From the NCBI GenBank assembly GCA_016650015.1, contig JAENWV010000001.1:1-40324 (forward strand): 40,324 nt of DNA, given 5' to 3'. The stretch is from Thermoleophilia bacterium (GTDB lineage Bacteria > Actinomycetota > Thermoleophilia > BMS3ABIN01). Positions 27,063 to 34,172 of the stretch are shown here, one piece after another (position 1 is the first letter of the stretch; each line of letters starts with the position of its first letter). The notes beneath the pieces were generated by a model that worked only from the letters and a program-made list of their open reading frames with translations, ran no database searches and was not told the DNA's origin. Made by a program: the position numbers and the translations under genes.

Positions 27063-27529
27063 CGCTCGATATAGGTTAGCTTGTATTTACCGATCTGCAC
27101 CTGATCACCATCAGAAAGCTTTTGGATCTCCACCCGAGCCCGGTTTACATACGTCCCGTTGAGACTGCCCTGGTCCTGGATATAAAAACCGTCCGGCTTT
27201 TGGATCAGCTGCGCATGATTCCGTGAAACAGTAATATCGTCGAGGAAAATATCGCTGTCAGGATGCCGGCCAATCGTCGTTTTTCCCCGGCCGGGCGTGA
27301 AGGTTTCCCCGGCCAGCCCTCCACCACTCCTCACAACCAGGGATATTCCTTCGTTGACTACCTCCGAAAGGTTGCCAAGATCCGGTTCACGATCCTCGGC
27401 TTCAGGAGAGTAGCTGATGGTGTTTTCGGCCCCAGAATCTTCTTCCGGGAGAAGAGCGCCACACCTGCTGCAGTACTTGCCTTCCTCGGTATTCTGATAT
27501 CCGCATTCATGGCAGTAGACATTGGTCAC
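27059..27529 (-). CDS. Zinc-ribbon + FHA domain protein (GarA/OdhI-like phosphothreonine reader)
   Basis: The N-terminal ribbon is CHECG...CSRCG. The FHA core is TTIGRHPDSDIFLDDITVSRNHAQL...IQDQGSLNGTYVN. GTG start in a GTGA overlap with the upstream ORF. Confidence 0.9.
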   Translation of the reverse strand: MTNVYCHECGYQNTEEGKYCSRCGALLPEEDSGAENTISYSPEAEDREPDLGNLSEVVNEGISLVVRSGGGLAGETFTPGRGKTTIGRHPDSDIFLDDITVSRNHAQLIQKPDGFYIQDQGSLNGTYVNRARVEIQKLSDGDQVQIGKYKLTYIER

Positions 27530-27798
27530 TCTCCGCAGTCACCCCTGTGACCTTCGAATGTTTTTTCCACTTCTTCCTCAACCGCCCGTATAACCTCGGG
27601 CCTTTCCAGGATCTCCCGGCGCCAGGCCGGTTTTGTGTTGTTCATGACATAAGGCTCATCCAGAGCATCTTCGAGAGTCTTCCCACAGTGAATTTCCTGG
27701 AGGATAAAACGCAGAACGCGCTCCTCCACTACATCGACGCCCATATCTTCAAACAGGTGTTGGATTGCTTTGACCAGCTTCGCGAAACGCTCAGGCAC
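27526..27798 (-). CDS. Hypothetical 90-aa protein
   Basis: GTG start 5 nt after GGGGAGGAG. It is translationally coupled (GTGA) to the FHA gene. I recognise no family. Confidence 0.6.
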   Translation of the reverse strand: MPERFAKLVKAIQHLFEDMGVDVVEERVLRFILQEIHCGKTLEDALDEPYVMNNTKPAWRREILERPEVIRAVEEEVEKTFEGHRGDCGE

Positions 27799-27865
27799 TC
27801 TTTCTCCTCCCCTTGATGAACGAAATCGGTTACTTATAACCGGCGGTTGCCCGCCTGAAACCCTT

Positions 27866-28138
27866 TCATTTTTTTTCAGACGGGTTTCCGCCTATGGAAA
27901 AACGCTCTCCCTTTGCCAAAATTTCAGTCAATTTACCGACATCATCGGCAGAAATTAACGACTCTCCAGAGTCCCTCTTGCCGGAGAGCCTCTGGACCAG
28001 TTCCGCCCGCAGGATGTCAATCTTGCCGTGAAGTATGCGGCGTTGAAAACTAAACTCCTGCTCCTGGGTGACAAGCTCGCGGATAAGCGACTTCAGTTCC
28101 TTGTCAGACAGGCTGGAAAGTTCAGGCAAATTCTCCAC
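27866..28138 (-). CDS. Small coiled-coil protein, RsiG-like (candidate single-motif c-di-GMP-binding anti-sigma-type protein)
   Basis: 90 aa, with a GTG 4 nt after GGAGGTG and a consensus promoter upstream. The helix LSDKELKSLIRELVTQEQEFSFQRRILHGKIDILRAEL carries E-x3-S-x2-R-x3-H-x3-D. The functional call is tentative. Confidence 0.45.
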   Translation of the reverse strand: MENLPELSSLSDKELKSLIRELVTQEQEFSFQRRILHGKIDILRAELVQRLSGKRDSGESLISADDVGKLTEILAKGERFSIGGNPSEKK

Positions 28139-28167
28139 TTTGCACCTCCACAGACTAAGTTTGGTTT

Positions 28168-28196
28168 ATTATATTCCCTGGTCATCCAAGGTTCAA
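28168..28196 (-). promoter_or_regulatory. Near-consensus sigma-70-type promoter for the RsiG-like/orphan/FHA/MerR operon
   Basis: On the minus strand: TTGAAC (28196-28191), an exact 17-nt spacer, then TATAAT (28173-28168), about 30 nt upstream of the GTG at 28138. Confidence 0.55.
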
Positions 28197-28238
28197 CCTT
28201 ACCTTTAGAAATGGACTTTTCAGGGTCGGGCCGCTGTA

Positions 28239-28799
28239 TTGGGATGCCGATATCCAATACCGGCAGGCAATCCTGGGGGTAATGCGAGACAATTGAGCAC
28301 CAGGCAAACAGTACTGAAATCACAGCTGGATACCGCCAGACCCGTATTGGAGCGCTTGGGTGCTGCAATCTCACCGGTATTTCTCAGGATTGTCACTACC
28401 GCAGGGCAACCCATCACCGTGATATCATCAACACATATGGCCGATGCGGACGCGTTGGCCTCTCAGTCGGCGAGCTCTTTTGCGGCAACCCGCCAACTCG
28501 CAATGATGATGGAAGATCCTGAATTCACAGTAATGCTCCACGAAGGATCTGAATTAAACATTACTATTGCCCAGATTACGCAGGATATATTGCTGGTAAT
28601 GTGCTTTCGGAACTCCAGCGAAATCGGGCGGGTCAGACTCTTAACCGGACGGGCGGACGCCGCACTGTCCAAAACTTTCGGCCCGGAAAAAGGTGTTGTT
28701 GAAAGTGGAAAGTGTGAAGTTACTCATCAAGCCAGCGAAATGGCGGAGACCGTGGACGAAATCCTGAGTTCCGAGGGGGATACCATTGGCACTGATTAA
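28239..28799 (+). CDS. mglB: Roadblock/LC7 domain protein, MglB-like (GTPase-activating partner)
   Basis: VFLRIVTTAGQPITVISS...ALASQSASSFAATRQLA...EFTVMLHEGSELNITIAQI..DILLVMCFRNSSEIGRVRLL aligns by eye with MglB. The start is uncertain (TTG at 28239 or TTG at 28293). It has an acidic C-terminal tail. Confidence 0.8.
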   Translation: MGCRYPIPAGNPGGNARQLSTRQTVLKSQLDTARPVLERLGAAISPVFLRIVTTAGQPITVISSTHMADADALASQSASSFAATRQLAMMMEDPEFTVMLHEGSELNITIAQITQDILLVMCFRNSSEIGRVRLLTGRADAALSKTFGPEKGVVESGKCEVTHQASEMAETVDEILSSEGDTIGTD

Positions 28800-29370
28800 T
28801 CTGGCCGCAGGAGAGATCAACTATAAAATCGTTTATTACGGTTGCGCCCTGGGCGGCAAGACAACTAGCCTCCAGCACGTTTATCGCAAGCTGAACCCTC
28901 AAGTGAAGGGCAAGCTGGTGTCCATCGCCACCGAAGAGGAGCGGACGCTGTATTTTGATTTCCTGCCTCTTGATCTGGGCAAGGTGCGCGGGCTCAAAAC
29001 GCGTTTTCATCTATACACGGTACCTGGCCAGCGGCAGTACAATGCCAGCCGCAAGCTGGTTATCCAGGGGGTCGACGGCATCGTTTTCGTCGTCGATTCA
29101 CAGCTGAACCGGCTTGATGACAATATCGAGGCCTATCTCAACATGTGGGATAACCTCCAGGACCAGGATGACAATCCAATGGACCTGGGCATGGTCATGC
29201 AATACAACAAACGTGACCTGAGCGATATCTTCGCGACCAGCGACCTCGACGAGCTACTCAACCATACGAATTCACCATCCGTTGAATCCTGCGCGCTCAC
29301 CGGTGTCGGAGTTTTCGAGGCACTGCGTATCGTCAGCAAACAGGTTATGGCGAATACCGGCGCTGAATGA
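28786..29370 (+). CDS. mglA: MglA-family Ras-like small GTPase
   Basis: EINYKIVYYGCALGGKTT (P-loop), EERTLYFDFLPLDLG (switch I with Arg), KTRFHLYTVPGQ (switch II Gln), VDGIVFVVDSQ and QYNKRDL (NKxD). TTG start overlapping mglB by 14 nt. Confidence 0.9.
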   Translation: MALINLAAGEINYKIVYYGCALGGKTTSLQHVYRKLNPQVKGKLVSIATEEERTLYFDFLPLDLGKVRGLKTRFHLYTVPGQRQYNASRKLVIQGVDGIVFVVDSQLNRLDDNIEAYLNMWDNLQDQDDNPMDLGMVMQYNKRDLSDIFATSDLDELLNHTNSPSVESCALTGVGVFEALRIVSKQVMANTGAE

Positions 29371-29376
29371 GTTGCC

Positions 29377-29465
29377 TGAATGAGATTAGCGGAAGGGTGT
29401 TTCCGCTGGAACGTCTGTCGAAGACCCTAGTGCAAGCGGGAATACCCTTCCGCTAATCTCATTCA
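29377..29465. repeat. 89-nt nested palindromic element (22-bp perfect inverted repeat with internal sub-repeats)
   Basis: TGAATGAGATTAGCGGAAGGGT (29377-29398) is the exact reverse complement of 29444-29465. The 45-nt spacer carries TTCCGCT (29401-29407) and AGCGGGAA (29435-29442). It lies between the convergent mglA and PHP genes. Confidence 0.9.
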
Positions 29466-29474
29466 TCTCCACCC

Positions 29475-30086
29475 TTACTTCCTTTTCGCGGTTGTTTTAC
29501 GCCCTATGATTGCCGCGACAAAATCCGCGCCAGTACAGATTTTTTCGTCCGCCTCAGTCCAGCAACGCATCAAATCCTTCACTCTGTGTGCGTCACTGCC
29601 GCCGAGTTGGGCCAGGCCATTTTCTTCGGCGATACGGAAGGCATGGCCACTGGCTTCCTCGTCCGGCCAGTTACCATTGTAGACTTCGATGCCATCGACC
29701 TCTGCCACTATGCTACTGATGTAACCTTGGTCAACGCCCCGTCCGCCCCGATTACCAGCGAACGGGTGGGCCCACACCACCGCGGTGCCAGAAGGCCTGT
29801 CGCCGCGCTTCGGCAACAGTTGTACCGCATTCAAGGAGCGTAGAAAATCGAGATCGACGGAAAAGACGAGGAAATCTCCGGACGTTGAAGATAATTCTAC
29901 TCCCGGAATTATCGCAATGCCGTGAGGAGCCATCGCTACCAGGTCCTCATAATCTTTCAGATTGCCGTGGTTCGTGAGACAGACCGCATTGATAACCTGA
30001 TGCTGCAGGGTCTCAAGGAACGCTGTCAAAGACATTTCTGAACAACGACTCCCGGGAGAAGTATGAACATGTGTATCAATTCGCAA
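29475..30086 (-). CDS. PHP-domain metal-dependent phosphoesterase
   Basis: (M)RIDTHVHTSPGSRCS...LTNHGN...GGSDAH. TTG start. Confidence 0.8.
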   Translation of the reverse strand: MRIDTHVHTSPGSRCSEMSLTAFLETLQHQVINAVCLTNHGNLKDYEDLVAMAPHGIAIIPGVELSSTSGDFLVFSVDLDFLRSLNAVQLLPKRGDRPSGTAVVWAHPFAGNRGGRGVDQGYISSIVAEVDGIEVYNGNWPDEEASGHAFRIAEENGLAQLGGSDAHRVKDLMRCWTEADEKICTGADFVAAIIGRKTTAKRK

Positions 30087-30120
30087 GTTTCTACCTGAGG
30101 ATCAGTCCGCGCCTGAGATT

Positions 30121-32637
30121 TCAGTCTTCCTGATGCTCATGGGTAGCTATGATTTCATCGAGCTTCGCCGCATAACGTTCAAGCAGAGCTTTAGAATCAT
30201 CAATCGTGTCGCCTTCGGCATAAATCTCGAATAGAGGTTCGTCCGGGGATGGCAGAACCTGCGCCCAGCCGTTCTCGTGAAAGACCTTGATACCATCGAG
30301 ACGACTGACGTTTTCTTCCTCCTCGATACTTTCGGAAATCTCGCGCATGGCGACGCCCTTGAGCGACCAGGGGCAGCTCTTCGTCTCTCGAAGCAGGGTC
30401 GTTTCGGGAATCTGTGCGACCAGTTCGGATAGCGGTTTCTCCGAAACGGCAAGCAGCTCGAGCACCTTGCCCATGCTCATAAGGGCATCATGGGCCGGCA
30501 GGAATCCGGGGAATATAAAATCGCCGCCAACGGCGCCGGCAAAGATGACATCCGGCCTGGCCGCGGCCTCGGTGAGCGCGGCCTGAGACACCTTGGTCCT
30601 GAGTATCTCGCAACCGGTCCCCTCGACCATCATTTCGGCCAGGCGCGAGACTGTCAAAGGCAGGGCGATCTTGCCCTGCCCCTCGGAGCTCGCCATCAGT
30701 TTGAGCAGCAAAAACAGTGTCTGTTCCGGGGAGATTTCATTGCCGTTTTCATCGACCAGAAAAATCTTCTCGGCAGCATTATCGATGGTAATGCCGAGGT
30801 CGGCGCCGGCCGAGACAACCAGCTTCTGCAGCCGCGTCGATTCCGCTTCGAGACTGGTCGAAGTAATGGCGGTCTTGTCCTCGTCAAGAAATGTATTGAT
30901 GGCGATGATCTCGGCCCCCAGCTTGGAGAGCAGACGACTGGCGATCAATGAGGCGCTGGAGTAACTATGGTCCAGAACAAAACGGAATCGCCGATTGCGG
31001 ATTTTGTCAACATCCCAGGTCGCCAGCAATCCCTGTATGTATTCCTCTGTCGTCCGCACCGGGTAGATGATCTTGCCGATCTCCGTGTAGAAGGCACGCC
31101 GGTAATCATGGCGATTGTAATATTTTTCGATATCCCGCTCGGTGCCTTCGCCGATCGGGCTGCCGGGTGGCTCGAAGAATAGTATCTGCATTACTTCGGG
31201 ATGCCAGGCGGAAACCCGCACATGGATGCCGCCGACGGCGTTGCCGCATTTAAGGTCGAAACGGTTCACCGAGGCCGGCGTCACCCTGAGGTCGCGCACG
31301 TTGACGCCAGTGGAATTCAGGCCGGCGCCGATAGCGCGCTTTATCATGCGTGACGCAGGGTGCTCGTCGCGGCTACAGCTGACCGGGGCGCCCTTGTCGA
31401 GGGTGGTGCCATAGGCCATTGCCAGCTTGAGCGCCAGCTCCGAGGTAATGTCGACATTGACGAGTCCGGTTACTCCGTCCTTGCCGAACAGGGTGGAGAG
31501 CGCCCGCCATTCCCAGATAATACTGGAGTAGACCTGGGCGCCGGCCTCGATCACCTTGAAAGGGTAGATCTTGACGTTGCTGGCTATCATGCTGTGATCG
31601 CCGATGCTGCATTCGTCGCCCAGCGCGGCGTTGGCGTGAATGGTGGCGCTCGGCTTGATATCACAGTTCTTGCCTATGATGGCGCCGCTTACTTTCGCGC
31701 CAGAGCCGATGTAAGTGTTTGAGTCGATCACGCTGTGATCGATCTCCGCGTTGTCCTTGACGACTACATTGTTGCCGAGAATGGTGTAAGGCTGGATCTT
31801 GGCGCCGGTGTCGATTTTGGCATAGTTGCCGATGAGCGCCGGGCCGCGGATGTTGTCGAGACTGTCGAGGTTGAGTTTCTCGCCGATGTAGATGTTCTCA
31901 CGCAGCTTGATGCCGGGGATATTGACGCTCACCTTGCCGTCGAGGGCGTCGTGATTAGCCCTCAGGAACTGATTGATGTTCCCGATGTCCTGCCAGTAGC
32001 CCTCGCAGGGGTAACCGTACATCGGCTTGCCTCGCTTGAGCATCTTGGGAAAGAGTTCCTGACTGAAATCGTACTTGGTGTCCGCCGCGATGTAGTCGAA
32101 TATCTCCGGTTCCAGAACATAGATTCCGGTATTTACATAATCGCTGAAAACCTGTCCCCAGCTGGGTTTTTCCAGGAACTGCTTGATGTGTTTGTCCTCG
32201 TCGACGATGACTACGCCGAACTCCAGCGGGTTCTCCACGCTCTTGAGGGCTAAAGTGATCATCGAACCCTTGCTCTTGTGGAAGTCGATAACCTCGGTGA
32301 GGTTGAAGTCAGTGAGTGCGTCGCCGCTGATGACTATAAAGGTCTCGTCGAGGTGTTCGAAGGCATTGCGTACGGAGCCGGCGGTGCCCAGCGGACTCTC
32401 TTCGACCGAGTATTCAATGGATACGCCCATGGAAGAACCGTCGCCAAAGTAACCGCGTATGCTCTGGGGCAGGAAAGCCAGGGTAACGATGATATCCGTG
32501 AGGTCGTGCTGCTTGAGGAGCTCGATGATGTGCTCCATACAGGGTTTGTTGACGATAGGGACCATCGGTTTGGGCTGGTTGCTCGTGAGCGGGCGCAGCC
32601 TGGTCCCTTCTCCCCCGGCCATTACTACTGCCTTCAT
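30121..32637 (-). CDS. Sugar-1-phosphate nucleotidylyltransferase (GMPP-like) + left-handed beta-helix + phosphohexomutase-like domain fusion
   Basis: [27 protein letters not shown], hexapeptide repeats in the middle, and a C-terminal PGM/PMM-like four-domain region (FGKDGVTG...). The ATG at 32637 is 4 nt after AAGGGAG; the ORF track starts at 32685. Confidence 0.85.
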   Translation of the reverse strand: MKAVVMAGGEGTRLRPLTSNQPKPMVPIVNKPCMEHIIELLKQHDLTDIIVTLAFLPQSIRGYFGDGSSMGVSIEYSVEESPLGTAGSVRNAFEHLDETFIVISGDALTDFNLTEVIDFHKSKGSMITLALKSVENPLEFGVVIVDEDKHIKQFLEKPSWGQVFSDYVNTGIYVLEPEIFDYIAADTKYDFSQELFPKMLKRGKPMYGYPCEGYWQDIGNINQFLRANHDALDGKVSVNIPGIKLRENIYIGEKLNLDSLDNIRGPALIGNYAKIDTGAKIQPYTILGNNVVVKDNAEIDHSVIDSNTYIGSGAKVSGAIIGKNCDIKPSATIHANAALGDECSIGDHSMIASNVKIYPFKVIEAGAQVYSSIIWEWRALSTLFGKDGVTGLVNVDITSELALKLAMAYGTTLDKGAPVSCSRDEHPASRMIKRAIGAGLNSTGVNVRDLRVTPASVNRFDLKCGNAVGGIHVRVSAWHPEVMQILFFEPPGSPIGEGTERDIEKYYNRHDYRRAFYTEIGKIIYPVRTTEEYIQGLLATWDVDKIRNRRFRFVLDHSYSSASLIASRLLSKLGAEIIAINTFLDEDKTAITSTSLEAESTRLQKLVVSAGADLGITIDNAAEKIFLVDENGNEISPEQTLFLLLKLMASSEGQGKIALPLTVSRLAEMMVEGTGCEILRTKVSQAALTEAAARPDVIFAGAVGGDFIFPGFLPAHDALMSMGKVLELLAVSEKPLSELVAQIPETTLLRETKSCPWSLKGVAMREISESIEEEENVSRLDGIKVFHENGWAQVLPSPDEPLFEIYAEGDTIDDSKALLERYAAKLDEIIATHEHQED

Positions 32638-32706
32638 ATACTCCCTTTCGTAAATAGTTGAGATCCGCAGCTTTCCTTCCTGCAAATTTCAACCATGCAA
32701 TGGAAA

Positions 32707-32750
32707 ATAACTATATTGAACCGGTATCATAACTATATTGAACCGGTATC
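32707..32750. repeat. Perfect 2 x 22-nt tandem direct repeat in a promoter region
   Basis: ATAACTATATTGAACCGGTATC occurs at 32707-32728 and again at 32729-32750, between the pgsA stop (32810) and the nucleotidyltransferase start (32637). Confidence 0.9.
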
Positions 32751-32809
32751 TATACTGATTCTAAGCTTTTGTCAACCAGATCAAAGACCACAGGTGACAA
32801 TGCTACCGG

Positions 32810-33358
32810 TCAGGGCGCCGAATTTACCTCGGTCAGCCGGTTCAGCCCCCTTAGAGTGTAGATTGCTCCTGTCAGGATTGAACCTGCCACACCAAGCCAG
32901 AAAAGAATCTCCCATGGCCACCAACCTGCCAGTCGAAACAGGATCGCCGCCATGAATATCGCTGTGTATATCTTCCCCAGAAAGGTTACCCGAAGTTTCA
33001 CACCGCGAGCCTCAAGCATCTTATACCCAAGAATCATAAAAATATCCCGGCAAATTACCATAGCCACGCCTATCATTGGCAGAGGGTTTATTTGTATCAG
33101 GGTGAGCGCGGCGATGGTGCAGCTGATAAAGATCCTGTCGGCCAGGGGATCGAATACCCTGCCGAACTCGCTGACAGTCCCGGTCGCCCTGGCCAGGCGC
33201 CCGTCGATGAAGTCCGTCAGAGCGGCTAAAGTGAAGATAATCGTGGCCACGGTGCTTGACCCGTCCTCGGACTGGAGCACGAGGTAGACAATCGCGGGAA
33301 CCGCCAGAATTCGCGACAGGGTTAGGGCGTTCGCGACTGCTCGCAGGGTTGCCTCCAT
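32810..33358 (-). CDS. pgsA: CDP-diacylglycerol--glycerol-3-phosphate 3-phosphatidyltransferase (CDP-alcohol phosphatidyltransferase family)
   Basis: CDP-alcohol motif DFIDGRLARATGTVSEFGRVFDPLADR. Multi-TM. Confidence 0.85.
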   Translation of the reverse strand: MEATLRAVANALTLSRILAVPAIVYLVLQSEDGSSTVATIIFTLAALTDFIDGRLARATGTVSEFGRVFDPLADRIFISCTIAALTLIQINPLPMIGVAMVICRDIFMILGYKMLEARGVKLRVTFLGKIYTAIFMAAILFRLAGWWPWEILFWLGVAGSILTGAIYTLRGLNRLTEVNSAP

Positions 33359-33416
33359 TGTTCACTTACAAGAAAGAACCGCTGGAGCGCTTCTTTTGCT
33401 TCCACATTTCGGGATA

Positions 33417-33493
33417 TGGTCGGGACGGCCGGATTCGAACCGGCGGCCACCGGACCCCCAGCCCGGTGCGCTACCAGACTGCGCCACGTCCCG
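33417..33493 (-). tRNA. tRNA-Pro (anticodon GGG), CCA encoded
   Basis: The minus strand folds by hand as CGGGACG-TG-GCGC-AGTCTGGTA-GCGC-A-CCGGG-CTGGGGG-TCCGG-TGGCC-GCCGG-TTCGAAT-CCGGC-CGTCCCG-A-CCA. This is a full 77-nt cloverleaf with G37. Confidence 0.95.
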
Positions 33494-33673
33494 AACACAG
33501 GGAAGAGTATATCACAGCGGCCGGATTTTCGGCCGATTATTCAAGACCCTGACATCGCTGAAGGCTTGTGCAACTTCAGGTCTGAACAGGTTCCTGACGG
33601 CTTCCTCGTCAGATCCCTCAAGCCAACAAAGTGAAAAAGATTCCAGGAAGGCAGGAGATGTAACCGTGGCGTG

Positions 33674-34105
33674 CTAATGCCCGGAGCTGCCGAAGCCGCC
33701 ATCCCCACGTTCGGACTCAGGAAGTTCATCGACTTCCTCGAAAACGGCGCGTTCGACCGGCACGATAACCAGTTGGGCGATGCGGCTGCCCTTTTCGATA
33801 ACAAAATCCTTATCGCCGGTATTCTGGATTATCACTTTAACCTCGCCCCGGTAATTGCTGTCGATCAGGCCGGGAGAGTTGGTGAGTGTGATCCCGAATT
33901 TGGCAGCGAGGCCCGAACGGGGCTGCACAAAGCCCCCGTAACCCCGGGGAATTGCAATTGCGATACCGGTGGCAACCAGCGCTCTCTCCCCCGCCTTCAA
34001 AGTCAATGCAGTAACGCTGGTAAGATCGACGCCGGCATCGCCATCGTTGTAGGCATGCACGGGTACCTTTGCCGCGGGATTGAGGATCTTTATAGGTATG
34101 AGCAT
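33674..34105 (-). CDS. dut: dUTP diphosphatase
   Basis: GDAGVDL, PRSGLAAKFGIT, GLIDSNYRGEV and GDGGFGSSG. The ATG at 34105 (MLIPIKILNP) gives 143 aa. The ORF-track N-terminus overlaps hflX and is not credible. Confidence 0.95.
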   Translation of the reverse strand: MLIPIKILNPAAKVPVHAYNDGDAGVDLTSVTALTLKAGERALVATGIAIAIPRGYGGFVQPRSGLAAKFGITLTNSPGLIDSNYRGEVKVIIQNTGDKDFVIEKGSRIAQLVIVPVERAVFEEVDELPESERGDGGFGSSGH

Positions 34106-34172
34106 GGATACAATCCTATCAAAGCAGCGGTTCAGTGTAATGTCACCCCCGTACCGGGATCTAAAGCCGCTC

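Noticed and set aside
29371-29470. Integron attC site, or a simple bidirectional intrinsic terminator, as the identity of the 89-nt palindrome.
   Set aside because: The ends do not fit the RYYYAAC...GTTRRRY core sites and no integrase is nearby. There is no T-tract after the stem on the plus strand and none on the complementary strand (no A-tract precedes it). The 22-bp perfect stem is also far longer than typical terminators.
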